64,000 nucleotides of DNA from Planctomycetota bacterium (GCA_003696675.1 RFGH01000074.1:43170-107169); one strand, 5' to 3'. Numbered from the stretch's first letter, positions 8,713 to 20,417 are shown. Notes: generated by a model not told the origin, from the sequence alone. Numbers and translations are program-made.

Positions 8713-11667
8713 TCACACCTGCATCAACCGATCGATCGCTTCGATGGGGTGCATGGCCCGACGCCCGGTCCCGTCGAGCGTCTGATGCCGGCAGGAGGTG
8801 CCCGGCATCAGCAGCCAATCCCCGTCCGCCGCGCCCCGAACCGCGGGGAACAGCGCCAGCTCGCCGATCTTCATTGAAAGATCGAACCGATCCGCGGTAA
8901 ACCCGAACGAGCCGGCCATGCCGCAGCACCCCGTGTCCAGCGCCGTGACATGCCCCGGGGCGATGCGCTCGAGCGCACTCGTCGTTGAGCCGATCCCCCA
9001 CAGTGCCTTCTGATGGCAATGCCCGTGCACCACCAGCCGACCCGGCGGCTGAGCGAACGAAGGAACGCAGGGATGCTGATCCCAGAACAGGTCGATGAAC
9101 TGCTCGGGCAGGAACGACCGCGAGGCCAGCCGACGACGCAGATCCATCGGGCGGTCGATCCGCAGATCCAGCCAGTCATCGCAGATCGATGAGAGACAGG
9201 AAGGCTCGCACACCACAAAACCACGAACGCCTTCGTCATCGATCCAGCCCCGCAGCCAGTCGAGCGTCCGCTCCGCGTCGCGGATGGCCATCTTCAGCAA
9301 CCCGGTCGAGATCGCCGCACGCCCCAGGTCCGACACGGGCACGACTTCCACGGCATACCCGAATGCCCGAAGCACCCGGACCGCGGCCCGCGCCACGGAC
9401 GCGTCGTTGTGCGTTGTGAACGAATCGGACAAAAGCACCACCGTCGGTGCGCCGGGGCGCGGGTGGCTGGCACGCCGGACCGGACGCTCAAAGTGCGGCA
9501 GCGACCGGCGCGGATCGAAACCAAACAGCCCGTCGATCACCGACCGCACGGGGGCGAAGCGATTCACGGCGTTCGTCAAGCCCGGAGCCAGTCCCGCCAG
9601 ACGATTGAGCAGGTGGATGGACGCGAACGCGCGGGCCTGCAGCGGCACAGAGCCCTTCATGCGATAAGACTGATAAAGATACTCGGCCTTCAGCCGGGCG
9701 ATATCGACATTGCTCGGGCACTCGGTCTTGCAGCCCTTGCATGACAGGCACAACCGCAGCGTCTCATGGGTACCGGGGTCGGTCCAATCCGCCTCGGTGG
9801 GATGATCCGGAACGGGCGCGACCTGCCCCGTCATGGCCAGACGCAGGGCGTTGCCGCGCCCCCGCGTGGCGTGCCGCTCATCCAGCGTTGCCATGTAGGA
9901 CGGACACATCGTGCCCCCCCGCTTCTTGCGGCACACACCAGCACCGTTGCACATCTCCGCCGCGTGCAGCAATCCCCCCTGATCGGCGAAGAGAAACGCC
10001 GTTTCGACCCTCGGCTCGGGCAGGGATCGCTCGTGCGGACGGACACGCGTATTCGTCGAGATCGATGCCAGCGGCCCGGGCGCAACGATGTTGCCCGGAT
10101 TCATCAGACCGTGCGGATCGAACAGCGACTTGACCTCTCGGAAAGCGCCCATCAGCTCCGGCCCGAAGAAGTCTTCCAGAAGCGGCCCCCGCGCACGCCC
10201 GTCACCGTGCTCGCCCGACATCACGCCGCCGAGTTCCTTGGCCAGGTGTGCCGCCCCCTCCGCGATGCGATGCATGCGGGCGATGTCGCCCGGGTCCTTC
10301 AGATCGAGTAGCGGGCGGACATGCAGCACGCCAACCGAAGCGTGCGCGTAGAACGAGGCGATGGTTCCCTCGTCCTCTACCAGCTTGCGGAAGCGCCGGA
10401 CGAACTCGCCGAGCCTGTCAGGGGGAACGGCGTTGTCCTCGACAAAGCCCAGCGGCTTGCGGTGCCCGGGGATCGCGTGAAGCAGCGGCTCGCCGGCCTT
10501 GCGCAGCTTCCACGCGTCGCCCATGGCACGCGGATCGGTGTGGGTCTCCATCGCCGCCGCGGGGAACATCGAACGCATCCGCTCGAAACGCCCGATCACA
10601 TCCTCCGGCCCGATATCCGAATAGAACTCGACATACAGCACCGCGCGGATGTCGGCGCCTGACGAGCCACCCGGCAACAGATCCACATACCTCCGCTGCT
10701 CGGTGTTTTTGCGCGCCAGGTCAATAATCAGATCATCGAGCAACTCGACCGCGCTCGGTCGCAGATCGAGGATCGGCACCACCGCGTCGATCGCCGCCTC
10801 GACCGAGTCGAACGCAATAACCGCCAGCCCCTTGGCCCTTGGCAAGGGATGCAGCCGGAGCGTGGCACCGACGGTCACCGCGAGCGTGCCCTCCGAGCCG
10901 CACATCAGCGGAGCAAGATTCAACCTGGACAAGTCCGCCCCGAACCGATCGAGCTGAGCGAGGATCATGTCCAGCTGATACCCGGCGCTGCGCCGGACCG
11001 TCTTCGGGAACCGCTCGCGGATGAGCCGCTCGTGGGCTCGAACAATCCGCACCACGCTCTCGGTGATCCGCCGCACACGCGAGTCGCGGCCCGCGCCGCC
11101 CTCGTCCAGCATCACCCGCTGGCCATCCCACAAGCACGCCTCGACGCCGAGCACCGACTCGCTCGTCCGCCCGTACAGAATCGAGTGAGAACCGGCCGCG
11201 TTGTTGCCGATGCAACCTCCGATATTCGCCTGGCGGGCCGTCGCCGGATCGGGCGCAAAGAACAGACCGGTCGGCCGCAGGCGGTCGTTCAGATCATCGA
11301 CCGTGATCCCCGGCTCCACGACGGCGACACGGGCATTCGCATCGACAGACCGCAGCGCATGGCAACGGGCCGACAAGTCCAGCACCACGGCCCGGTTCAC
11401 GCCCTGTCCGGCGAGGCTGGTGCCGCCGCCACGCGGGAGCATCGGGATCCGACGCTCCCCAAGCCATCGCACCGCATCGACCGCATCCTCCACATCCGCA
11501 GGGATCACAACGCCCAAAGGCTCGATCTGATAGATCGACGCATCCGTGGCGTACAACATCCTGTCGTGAACGGCGGTGCGTACCTCGCCCCGGATCGCAC
11601 CGGCCAGTTCGCCGAGCACGCCGGGGATGGCTTCCAGTTGCGGCAGAGGCACGCTTCGGGTGGGCAT
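8713..11667 (-). CDS. FAD-binding oxidase fused to an Fe-S/CCG-domain oxidoreductase (GlcD-GlpC fusion, YdiJ-like)
   Basis: About 984 aa. It has a PCMH-type FAD domain (GGGTSLAGQ), two 4Fe-4S cysteine clusters (CNGAGVCRKKRGGTMCPS and CLSCKGCKTECPS), and C-terminal Cys-rich CCG repeats. I set the start at ATG 11667 because a terminator hairpin occupies 11689-11720. Confidence 0.85.
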   Translation of the reverse strand: MPTRSVPLPQLEAIPGVLGELAGAIRGEVRTAVHDRMLYATDASIYQIEPLGVVIPADVEDAVDAVRWLGERRIPMLPRGGGTSLAGQGVNRAVVLDLSARCHALRSVDANARVAVVEPGITVDDLNDRLRPTGLFFAPDPATARQANIGGCIGNNAAGSHSILYGRTSESVLGVEACLWDGQRVMLDEGGAGRDSRVRRITESVVRIVRAHERLIRERFPKTVRRSAGYQLDMILAQLDRFGADLSRLNLAPLMCGSEGTLAVTVGATLRLHPLPRAKGLAVIAFDSVEAAIDAVVPILDLRPSAVELLDDLIIDLARKNTEQRRYVDLLPGGSSGADIRAVLYVEFYSDIGPEDVIGRFERMRSMFPAAAMETHTDPRAMGDAWKLRKAGEPLLHAIPGHRKPLGFVEDNAVPPDRLGEFVRRFRKLVEDEGTIASFYAHASVGVLHVRPLLDLKDPGDIARMHRIAEGAAHLAKELGGVMSGEHGDGRARGPLLEDFFGPELMGAFREVKSLFDPHGLMNPGNIVAPGPLASISTNTRVRPHERSLPEPRVETAFLFADQGGLLHAAEMCNGAGVCRKKRGGTMCPSYMATLDERHATRGRGNALRLAMTGQVAPVPDHPTEADWTDPGTHETLRLCLSCKGCKTECPSNVDIARLKAEYLYQSYRMKGSVPLQARAFASIHLLNRLAGLAPGLTNAVNRFAPVRSVIDGLFGFDPRRSLPHFERPVRRASHPRPGAPTVVLLSDSFTTHNDASVARAAVRVLRAFGYAVEVVPVSDLGRAAISTGLLKMAIRDAERTLDWLRGWIDDEGVRGFVVCEPSCLSSICDDWLDLRIDRPMDLRRRLASRSFLPEQFIDLFWDQHPCVPSFAQPPGRLVVHGHCHQKALWGIGSTTSALERIAPGHVTALDTGCCGMAGSFGFTADRFDLSMKIGELALFPAVRGAADGDWLLMPGTSCRHQTLDGTGRRAMHPIEAIDRLMQV

Positions 11668-11688
11668 GGCCAGCGATCTTATGCCAGT

Positions 11689-11720
11689 GAAAAGACAACG
11701 CCCGCCGGTCGACGGGCGTT
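11689..11720 (-). terminator. Rho-independent terminator after the DUF1559 pseudopilin-like gene
   Basis: On the minus strand, AACGCCCG-tcgaccgg-CGGGCGTT (8-bp stem) is followed by GTCTTTTC, about 30 nt after the stop at 11751. Confidence 0.75.
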
Positions 11721-11750
11721 GCAAGAATCAGACTTGGCAGAACGGGACGA

Positions 11751-12806
11751 TCAGTCGTAGTAAGGACTGATCGTGTAGGTGCCAGTCGGCGTCACATCGT
11801 AGTACTGCCACATGAAGGCGTTGCGGTTGTTGAACTCGCCGCCGAGCGGAACGGTCGAGCCGGTCTGCGGGTTGTTTCTCGGAGTGCGGTCCTGGTCATC
11901 CTCGTTGACAAAGATGTTGTCGGACTGCGAGCGAGCGTTCTGATTCAGATTCGAGAACTGCCAGATGATCGGCTCGGGGTCGGGGCGATTGAACTTGTCG
12001 ACATGGTTGTCATTGAAGCAAACATTGCCGGCCCACTCAGTCCGAGCCCCGAACATGCCCAAGGTGACCGAACTGACACCGCGGGGATTCTTACCGTCGG
12101 CCGCGCCTTCCTGATCGGCGTCGAGCAGCTCCCAAGTGCCCTCGTTGCCACCGACCAGTTCGAACGCCGCACCGCGGGTCGAGAGGACGGGGTCAACGGA
12201 CGAGAAGGAGTTCTGCCACGAGCCGCGACGCAGCTGGTGGGGCGGGATGTGGGCGTAGGAGAAGCCACCGGCGCCGTTCGCGGCCGTACCCGCGGCGGTC
12301 GTGACCTGGCCGTTGCCCCACTTCGCATCGAGCGGCGTAGCGCGGTAGTTCGGGTCCCACAGGGCCTGATCGCTCTGGCCGTTCGAGCCGCCGACAGCGC
12401 CGGTCGGACGGTCAACTTCGTAGTCCTTGTACTGCTCGTAGTTGCCGGTTTCGACCGGGCTGTAGGTGATCTCGGTTTCCACCAGACCCTGAGCGATCAG
12501 GATCGAGAAGATGTGCTGGGTGGTGTCCTTCTTCGCGTTCAGCGCCGGATTGCCTGATGCCCCCGCGATCACGATCGTCTTGTCGTTCTTATCGAGACGG
12601 CTGGGCAGGGGGTAGTTGTCGTTGTTGCTGTTGGCGAAGACCACCAACGCCTGATGGATCGAACGGACCTGCGTCGAGTCCTTCAGTTCGGCCGCGGTCT
12701 TCTTGGCCTTGCCGATGGCGGGCAGGAGGATGCCGATGAGCAGCGCGATGATCGCAATGACCACCAGCAGCTCGATCAGCGTAAACGCACGATTCTGCTT
12801 CTTCAT
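11751..12806 (-). CDS. Prepilin-type N-terminal cleavage/methylation domain protein, DUF1559-like
   Basis: 351 aa. It begins MKKQNRA|[29 protein letters not shown], and GGAG lies 8 nt upstream of the ATG at 12806. The 664-aa track ORF is an artefactual upstream extension. Confidence 0.85.
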   Translation of the reverse strand: MKKQNRAFTLIELLVVIAIIALLIGILLPAIGKAKKTAAELKDSTQVRSIHQALVVFANSNNDNYPLPSRLDKNDKTIVIAGASGNPALNAKKDTTQHIFSILIAQGLVETEITYSPVETGNYEQYKDYEVDRPTGAVGGSNGQSDQALWDPNYRATPLDAKWGNGQVTTAAGTAANGAGGFSYAHIPPHQLRRGSWQNSFSSVDPVLSTRGAAFELVGGNEGTWELLDADQEGAADGKNPRGVSSVTLGMFGARTEWAGNVCFNDNHVDKFNRPDPEPIIWQFSNLNQNARSQSDNIFVNEDDQDRTPRNNPQTGSTVPLGGEFNNRNAFMWQYYDVTPTGTYTISPYYD

Positions 12807-13124
12807 GTTCTGACTCCAATACCTTCTACCCGGTGGTGACCGGGCCGGGCTGCTCCGAGCCCTTTGACCGTTGACACCGAATCCCAACGCGGGACGCGGC
12901 TGACCGCCCGGGCGTGCCGGGCACAGGGTCGAGATGTCGGGCAACGGTCGGAAGGCGGGAATCAGAACGGGACAAGCGTCCCAATCAGTGCAGATATGGT
13001 CATGTGCCTCGACCGCCGCGCCACGCACGCGTGCGAAAACCAGTATAGCGTACCCCACCCGGTTCGTGGGCGATCCCCGATCGGTTCCGTCGAAAATGCC
13101 CATCTTCACGCGAGATCCAGCCCG

Positions 13125-13595
13125 ATGACGACCCAAACACCTTCCGCACGACTCGCAGGTCTCGGCATCATCCTCCCCGACGCCCCCAAGCCGGTCGCTT
13201 CCTATGTCCCCGTCCGATTGGCCGGAGGACTGGCCTTCGTCAGCGGCCAACTCCCGTTCGAGAACGGTCAACTGCCCGCCACCGGTGCGGTCCCGAGCAA
13301 GGTCAGCCCCGAGGACGCCAAGGCCATGGCCCGCCGGTGCGCGATCAACGGGCTGGCCTGCGCCGCCCAGGCCCTCGGCTCTGTGGACCGGATCCGGGGG
13401 GTGGTCAAGGTCGGCGTCTTCGTCGCGTCGGACTACGGGTTCGGCGGGCAGCCGGGCATCGCCAACGGGGCCAGCGACCTTCTGGTCGAGGTGTTCGGCG
13501 AGTCCGGCCGCCACGCCCGGGCCGCGGTGGGCGTGCCATCCCTGCCGCTCGACGCCCCGGTCGAGGTCGAGTTCGTCTTCGAGATCGCGGACTGA
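13125..13595 (+). CDS. RidA/YjgF/Endoribonuclease L-PSP family protein
   Basis: 156 aa. The pattern ASYVPVRLAGGLAFVSGQLP....G....ARAAVGV..LP....VEVE matches the family. Start chosen at ATG 13125. Confidence 0.8.
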   Translation: MTTQTPSARLAGLGIILPDAPKPVASYVPVRLAGGLAFVSGQLPFENGQLPATGAVPSKVSPEDAKAMARRCAINGLACAAQALGSVDRIRGVVKVGVFVASDYGFGGQPGIANGASDLLVEVFGESGRHARAAVGVPSLPLDAPVEVEFVFEIAD

Positions 13596-13618
13596 GCCGG
13601 CTTCCTGGTTGGGCCGAC

Positions 13619-14263
13619 TTAGCCGAACGCCTTCTTGTAGTCGGCGAGGAACTTCTCGATGCCGATGTCGGTGAGCGGATGGCTCATGAGCTGTTTGATG
13701 ACCGAAAGCGGGACGGTCGCGACATCGGCGCCGGCGAGCGCACAATCGAGCAAATGCTTGGGGTGGCGGATCGACGCCGCGAGGATCTTGGTGTTGTATC
13801 CGTAGTTGTCGTAGATCTGCCTCGTCCTCACGATCAGATCCATGCCGTCCTCGCCGATGTCGTCCAAACGCCCGATGAACGGTGAGACGAGGAACGCGCC
13901 GGCCTTAGCGACCATCATCGCCTGCAGCGGCTGGAAGCACAGCGTCATGTTGGTGCGGATGCCCTCGTCGCTGAGCGCCTTGCAGGCTTTCAGCCCGTCC
14001 ACGGTGCTGGGCAGCTTGACGACGATGTTCTCGGCGATCTTGGCCCGGTCCTTGCCTTCGGCGATCATGGCCTTCGCTTCGAGCGCAATCACCTCGGCGG
14101 ACACCGGTCCCGAAACGATCTTACAGATCTCGGCGAGCCGCTGGCCGTAGTCGATGCCTTCCTTGGCGATCAGCGAGGGGTTGGTCGTCACGCCGTCGAG
14201 CACGCCGAGGTCATGGGCCTGCTTGATCTCGTCGAGATTGGCGGTGTCGATGTAGAGTTCCAC
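13619..14263 (-). CDS. tal: Short-form transaldolase / fructose-6-phosphate aldolase family
   Basis: 214 aa. [36 protein letters not shown] and VVKLP are typical of the Fsa/TalC subfamily. Confidence 0.9.
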   Translation of the reverse strand: MELYIDTANLDEIKQAHDLGVLDGVTTNPSLIAKEGIDYGQRLAEICKIVSGPVSAEVIALEAKAMIAEGKDRAKIAENIVVKLPSTVDGLKACKALSDEGIRTNMTLCFQPLQAMMVAKAGAFLVSPFIGRLDDIGEDGMDLIVRTRQIYDNYGYNTKILAASIRHPKHLLDCALAGADVATVPLSVIKQLMSHPLTDIGIEKFLADYKKAFG

Positions 14264-14317
14264 GGGCGCGGCCTCCGGCGTGCAAGGGGGGGATCGTGTG
14301 CGAAACGGGGCCGGAGT

Positions 14318-15808
14318 TTAGGCCCCGACCGCAGCGGCCTGTTCGGCCTTGATCCGCTCCATCAGCGTCCTGCGCATGATCTTGCCGGTCGGACTCCGCG
14401 GCAGCTCGTCGACGATCACCACGCGGCGCGGGACCTTGTATCCGGCCAGCCGCTCGCGGCACCAGGCGCGGATGGCGTCCGGGTCGGGCGATCGCCCCTC
14501 CTCGGGCTCGACGAACGCGACGACGGTCTCGCCTCGGACATCATCCCGCTCCCCCACGACACCGGTGGCATAGACATCGGGGTGGGCGTCGATGACCTCT
14601 TCGACCTCGCGGGGAAAGACATTCTCGCCTCCGACGATGATCATCTCCTTGATCCGCCCGGTGATACGCAGGAAGCCTCGCTCATCGATCCGGGCCATGT
14701 CGCCTGTCTTCAGGAAGCCCCGCTCGTCGAAGGCGGCCGCGGTCTCTTCGGACAGATTCAGGTAGCCCTTCATGATGTTCGGGCCGTCCAGCCGCAGCTC
14801 GCCGTCCACACCCGGGGGCAAGTCTCGCCCAGTCTCGGGGTCCACGATCCGCTGGACCACCTCGGGAAGCGGACGCCCGACCGATCCGGGGACATCCTCC
14901 CCGGGCAGGCGGACATGGGTCACCGGCGAGCATTCGGTCATGCCGAAGCCCTCGAAGATCTCGATACCGAAGCGCTCCTTGAAGCCGTCGGCGACCGGCT
15001 TGGGCAGAGGCTCGCCGCCGGAAATCGCGATGCGGAGGCTGGCGAAGTCCTCGGGTGTTGCGTCCTTGACGGTCATCAGGGCGTTGTACATCGAGGGGAT
15101 GCCCATGAACACCGTGGGGCGGTGCTGGCGGAACATCTCGATGACCCGGTTGGGCACGAAGCGGGCGTTGAAGACGCCCTTGCAGCCGCAGAAGAACGGG
15201 ACATGGGTCAGGGCGGTGAGCCCGAAGCTGTGAAACTGGGGCAGGATGCCGAGGAAGACATCGTGGCGGCTGAAACGGACATGCTTGCGCATCTGGCGGA
15301 CATTCGAGGTCAGGTTGTTGTGCGTGAGCATGACGCCCTTGGGACGCCCGCTGGTTCCGGAGGTGTAGAGCACCACGGCGAGATCGTCCGGGGCGGCGAG
15401 CTTGGGCCAGCGGGGCGTGGGCGGGCGTTTGAAGGGGATGTCCTCGATGAACACGATGTTCTTGCAGCGCGGGGCGAGCTTGAGGGTCTCGCAGAGCTGG
15501 CGGCTGGCGATGAGAAGATCGGCGCCGCAGTCGTCGATGACATACTGGAGTTCCTCGGGCTTGAGGAGGTAGTTCAGGGGGACGGCCGTGCGGCCGGCGA
15601 ACCAGATGCCGGAGGCGACGCCGGCGAAAGCACCGGATGTGGGCAGCATGACCGCGACGCGGGGGGCGGTGGCCTTGTCGTCGACAAGATCGGCGATGTG
15701 CCATGCGATGACGAGCAGGTCGACGCCGCGGTAGGTGCGTCGGTCGTCGACGAGCAGCTCGCGCCTGGAGTTGCGCAGCATCGACCGCATGGCACGCCAT
15801 CCGAGCAT
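14318..15808 (-). CDS. AMP-dependent acyl-CoA synthetase/ligase (long-chain fatty-acid-CoA ligase-like)
   Basis: YTSGTSGRPKGVMLTHNNL, TGDMARIDERGFL and GKIMRR motifs are present. The start is more likely ATG 15808 (MLGWRA...), with AAGGAGG 7 nt upstream, than the track GTG at 15838. Confidence 0.9.
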   Translation of the reverse strand: MLGWRAMRSMLRNSRRELLVDDRRTYRGVDLLVIAWHIADLVDDKATAPRVAVMLPTSGAFAGVASGIWFAGRTAVPLNYLLKPEELQYVIDDCGADLLIASRQLCETLKLAPRCKNIVFIEDIPFKRPPTPRWPKLAAPDDLAVVLYTSGTSGRPKGVMLTHNNLTSNVRQMRKHVRFSRHDVFLGILPQFHSFGLTALTHVPFFCGCKGVFNARFVPNRVIEMFRQHRPTVFMGIPSMYNALMTVKDATPEDFASLRIAISGGEPLPKPVADGFKERFGIEIFEGFGMTECSPVTHVRLPGEDVPGSVGRPLPEVVQRIVDPETGRDLPPGVDGELRLDGPNIMKGYLNLSEETAAAFDERGFLKTGDMARIDERGFLRITGRIKEMIIVGGENVFPREVEEVIDAHPDVYATGVVGERDDVRGETVVAFVEPEEGRSPDPDAIRAWCRERLAGYKVPRRVVIVDELPRSPTGKIMRRTLMERIKAEQAAAVGA

Positions 15809-15908
15809 GGGAGGCCCTCCTTGAAAGTTAGTATACACAAATATGCGAGCGCGTGCACGCCTTCCGATGCCGGAAAGGGAGGAAATCTGCTCGAGGGGGC
15901 GGAGGGTA

Positions 15909-16286
15909 TCAGGCTTCGGCGATGACCGAGGCTGCCGCGAATGTGGCGGTGTGGGTCAGCGAGACATGCCAGCGGGTGATGCCGAGTTCGGCGGCGATCT
16001 CTGCGGCCTTGCCGTGGACCCGCAGTTCGGGGCGGCCGGATTCGTGGCGGACGGTCTCGACATCGGTCCAGCCGATGCCGCGGGCCCAGCCGGTGCCGAT
16101 GGCTTTGAGGGCGGCTTCCTTGGCGGCGAAGCGGGCTGCGAGGTGCTCGAATCGGCGGACACCCTCGGAGTCCTCGATCTCGCGGGGGGTGAAGCATCGC
16201 TCGAGGAAGCGTTCGGGGTGGTCGGCCAGCATTCGGGCGATGCGCTCGGTCTCAACGAGGTCGATGCCGTGGCCGACGATGTGCAC
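15909..16286 (-). CDS. acpS: Holo-[acyl-carrier-protein] synthase
   Basis: 125 aa from GTG 16286: VHIVGHGIDLVETERI....RFAAKEAALKA.G........SLTH. The rest of the 226-aa track ORF is an out-of-gene extension over fmdB. The junction with the fmdB stop reads TGAGGTG. Confidence 0.85.
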   Translation of the reverse strand: MHIVGHGIDLVETERIARMLADHPERFLERCFTPREIEDSEGVRRFEHLAARFAAKEAALKAIGTGWARGIGWTDVETVRHESGRPELRVHGKAAEIAAELGITRWHVSLTHTATFAAASVIAEA

Positions 16287-16287
16287 C

Positions 16288-16635
16288 TCAGGCACCCTTC
16301 TTTGTGAGCTTGGCGTCGTGCTTGGTCTCGGTCTTGTTCGCTGGCTTGCTGTCGGGCTTGGAATCAGACTTGGACTCGGACTTGGCGGATGATTCGGACG
16401 ATGATTTCGAAGCCTCGGCGTCGGCTTTGGCGGCCTTCTTGTAGGACTCGCTGCGGTAGTCCGTCTCATAGAACCCACCGCCTTTGAACATGACGGCCGA
16501 GCCGGTGCCGATGAGGCGTTCGAGCTTGAGCTTGCCGCATGCCGGGCACTTCCTGAGGGCCGGGGCGGTGATGGACTGGAACTCCTCAAACTCGTTCTTG
16601 CAGGCGTTGCAGCGATACTCGTAGGTTGGCATCAC
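16288..16635 (-). CDS. FmdB-family zinc-ribbon protein with a Lys/Ser/Glu-rich disordered tail
   Basis: MPTYEYRCNACKNEFE....CPACG is the classic FmdB CxxC..CxxC ribbon. The C-terminal ~50 aa are KSSSESSAKSESKSDSKPDSKP. It overlaps the grpE stop (ATGATG). Confidence 0.85.
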   Translation of the reverse strand: MMPTYEYRCNACKNEFEEFQSITAPALRKCPACGKLKLERLIGTGSAVMFKGGGFYETDYRSESYKKAAKADAEASKSSSESSAKSESKSDSKPDSKPANKTETKHDAKLTKKGA

Positions 16636-17282
16636 TCGTTCTCCGGGGCGTTTTGGGGTGCAACAGCCACCTTGGCGGGGCGGACCACGCGCTCGCCCAG
16701 CTTGTAGCCCGTCGACAGAACCATGGAGATGTGCCCGGGCTCGACGCCCTCGGCGGCTTGCTGGATCATGGCCTCGTGGTCGCCGGGGTTGAACTCATCA
16801 CCGACGCTCGGCGCGATCTGGCTGACGCCATAGCCCGAGAGCACCCGCAGGAACTCATCGCGGATCATCTTGACGCCCATCGCGATGGTCTCTGCGGACA
16901 CCTTGGCGGGGTCCTGCACGAGGGCCATTTCGAACTGGTCGATGAGCGGGATGAGCGAGCTGACGACGCCGCGGCGGGCCATGTCGGCGGCTTCACGCTC
17001 ATTGATCGCGGCGCGGCGCTGGTAGTTCTGGTGATCGGCCAGCGTGCGGATGAGTTTGGCGTGGTTCTCGTCGCGCTGGGCGATGGTGTCCTTGAGGGCG
17101 GCGACGATATCTTCGGCTTCGGGGGGGTACTCAAGCTCGCCCGACATCGCGAGCTGGCGGATGATTTCGTAGCGTTCCGCCGCGTCCTGGTCGTCGGTGG
17201 GCAGGGTGGACGGATCGATCTCTGGGATCTCGTGCTCCGTGCTTGCCTGGGCGTTCGTGTTGTCTTCGGTGTGGCTGCTCAT
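16632..17282 (-). CDS. grpE: Nucleotide exchange factor GrpE
   Basis: 216 aa. LADHQNYQRRA, the LIPLIDQFEMAL helix region, and GDEFNPGDHEAM with a beta C-terminus match GrpE. Confidence 0.9.
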   Translation of the reverse strand: MSSHTEDNTNAQASTEHEIPEIDPSTLPTDDQDAAERYEIIRQLAMSGELEYPPEAEDIVAALKDTIAQRDENHAKLIRTLADHQNYQRRAAINEREAADMARRGVVSSLIPLIDQFEMALVQDPAKVSAETIAMGVKMIRDEFLRVLSGYGVSQIAPSVGDEFNPGDHEAMIQQAAEGVEPGHISMVLSTGYKLGERVVRPAKVAVAPQNAPENE

Positions 17283-17330
17283 GCTTTCGATCCAATCGGA
17301 CGGGTGGGTCGGACAAAGGAAGCCCGGTGG

Positions 17331-18536
<1,206 letters not shown>

Positions 18537-18549
18537 TCACGCAGCCGAT

Positions 18550-18708
18550 TCAGTTCGTCCATTCGAGCCCGATCAGAGATGAGCAGTCGTGCTCCTCGAT
18601 TTCGAAGCCGGCATTGATGGCATGGTTGATCAGGTTTGCCAATCCAATCCGTTCGCTCTTCGATGCCACGAGCGTCACTGTATCGCCGTCTTTCGCGAGC
18701 ACTCGCAT
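18550..18708 (-). CDS. Possible 52-aa ORF in the groEL1-dnaJ spacer (unverified)
   Basis: My translation is MRVLAKDGDTVTLVASKSERIGLANLINHAINAGFEIEEHDCSSLIGLEWTN. GAAGGCGGTGG lies just upstream of the ATG. It is below the 60-aa cutoff of the track. GC3 is about 71% by hand count. No family recognised. Confidence 0.3.
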   Translation of the reverse strand: MRVLAKDGDTVTLVASKSERIGLANLINHAINAGFEIEEHDCSSLIGLEWTN

Positions 18709-18803
18709 GCCACCGCCTTCGAACCTCAATCTTACGAATCAGGCCCCCACCGCTTCCGGCGGAGGCCCGGTGTATCAGATTCGGGACTTCGTCCCGATGA
18801 AAC

Positions 18804-20417
18804 TCAGCTCACCGCGCCGGCCACCGGCTCGGTCTCTTCCTTCAGCTCGGTCAGCATGACATCGGTGGTCAGCATCAGGCCTGCCACGGACGCGGCGTTG
18901 ACCACCGCGCTCTTGGCGACCAGCGCCGGGTCGATGATGCCTTCCTCGATCAGATCGGTGTACTCGCCGGTCGCTGCGTTGAGCCCGAACGCGCCGGACT
19001 CCTCGCGGATGGTCTCGACGGCGAGATCGCCGTCGTAGCCGGCGTTGGCAGCGATCTGGTAGGCCGGTGCGGTGAGAGCGCGGGCGAGGATCTCGAAGCC
19101 GAAGCGTTCGTCGCCCTTGGCCTTCTTGCCGGCGGCCTCGACGGCGTCGATGCAGCGGAGCAGGGCCACACCGCCGCCCGGCACGAAGCCCTCCTTGGCC
19201 GCCGCGCGGGTGGCGTGCAGGGCGTCGTCGACGAGGTCCTTGGTGGCCTTCATGGCCTGCTCGGTTGCGCCGCCGACGCTGATGATGGCGACGCCGCCGG
19301 TCAGCTTGGCGTGGCGTTCCATCAGCTTCTCGCGGTCGTAGTCGCTGGTGGACTTGTCGTGCTGGGCCTTGATCTGGGCGGCGCGGGCCTCGATGTCCTT
19401 CTTCTTGCCGGCACCCTGGATGATCGTGGTCGAGTCCTTGTTGATCACGATCTTCTTGGCCGAGCCGAGCTCCTTGAGCTCGATCGATTCGAGGCTGCGG
19501 CCCAGGTCCTCGGAGAAGTAGGTGCCGCCGGTCAGGATCGCGATATCCTGGAGCATCGCCTTGCGCCGGTCGCCGAAGCCCGGGGCCTTGACGGCCGCGA
19601 TGTTCAGCGTGCCGCGGAGCCGGTTGACGACCAGGGCGGCCAGCGCCTCGTTCTCAACATCCTCGGCGATGATCAGCAGGGGCTTGCCGGAGGTGGCGAC
19701 CTTGTTGAGCAACGGGAGCAGGTCGGTGAGATTGGCGATCTTCTTCTCGTGGATGAGGATCAGGGCGTCTTCCAGGACCGCCTCGCCGGTCTTGGGGTCG
19801 GTCATGAAGTAGGGGGACAGATAGCCCTTATCGAACTGCATGCCCTCGACATACTCGAGGGTGGTCTCGTTGGACTTGCCGTCCTCGACCTCGACGACGC
19901 CGTCGGCCCCGACGCGGGCGATGGCTTCGGCGATCAGCTCGCCGATTTCCTCGTCGTGGTTGGCGCTGACGGTGGCGACCTTCTTATAGTCAGGCTTGCC
20001 CTTGCAGGGGATCGCCATCGCGTCGATGGTCTCGCTGACGACCTGGGCGGCGTTGTTGATGCCGCGCTGGACATGGACGGGATTGGCGCCGGCGGCCACA
20101 ACCTTCAGGCCCTCGGTGAAGATCGCCTGGGCGAGGACGGTGGCGGCGGTGGTGCCGTCGCCGGCCTTGTCGGCGGTCTTCTTGGCGACCTGGTAGACCA
20201 TCTTGGCGCCCATGGACTCGAACCGCTCAGGCAGCTCGATCTCCTTGGCGACCGAGACGCCGTCCTTGGTGACATGCGGGCCACCGAAGGACTTCTCGAT
20301 CACGACATGGCGCCCGGCGGGGCCCATGGTGCACTTAACCGCGTCGGCCAGCTTGTCGACGCCCTTCTTCATCTCGAGGAGCGCTTTGTCCTCGAACATG
20401 ATCTGCTTGCTTGCCAT
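18804..20417 (-). CDS. groL: Chaperonin GroEL, copy 1 (groES-linked, no GGM tail)
   Basis: 537 aa. [33 protein letters not shown] and [13 protein letters not shown] match GroEL. The C-terminus ends ...[15 protein letters not shown], without Gly-Gly-Met repeats. Confidence 0.97.
   Translation of the reverse strand: MASKQIMFEDKALLEMKKGVDKLADAVKCTMGPAGRHVVIEKSFGGPHVTKDGVSVAKEIELPERFESMGAKMVYQVAKKTADKAGDGTTAATVLAQAIFTEGLKVVAAGANPVHVQRGINNAAQVVSETIDAMAIPCKGKPDYKKVATVSANHDEEIGELIAEAIARVGADGVVEVEDGKSNETTLEYVEGMQFDKGYLSPYFMTDPKTGEAVLEDALILIHEKKIANLTDLLPLLNKVATSGKPLLIIAEDVENEALAALVVNRLRGTLNIAAVKAPGFGDRRKAMLQDIAILTGGTYFSEDLGRSLESIELKELGSAKKIVINKDSTTIIQGAGKKKDIEARAAQIKAQHDKSTSDYDREKLMERHAKLTGGVAIISVGGATEQAMKATKDLVDDALHATRAAAKEGFVPGGGVALLRCIDAVEAAGKKAKGDERFGFEILARALTAPAYQIAANAGYDGDLAVETIREESGAFGLNAATGEYTDLIEEGIIDPALVAKSAVVNAASVAGLMLTTDVMLTELKEETEPVAGAVS

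Noticed and set aside
11751-13745. 664-aa minus-strand ORF
   Set aside because: Only the last 351 codons (from ATG 12806, preceded by GGAG) form the DUF1559 gene. The upstream 313 codons are R/G/P/H-rich, run antisense through the RidA gene, and cross a 318-nt intergenic region.
14213-15925. 570-aa plus-strand ORF covering the acyl-CoA ligase gene
   Set aside because: This is an antisense shadow ORF typical of high-G+C DNA. The translation is G/D/H/R/A-rich low-complexity sequence with no motifs, while the opposite strand encodes a textbook AMP-binding enzyme.
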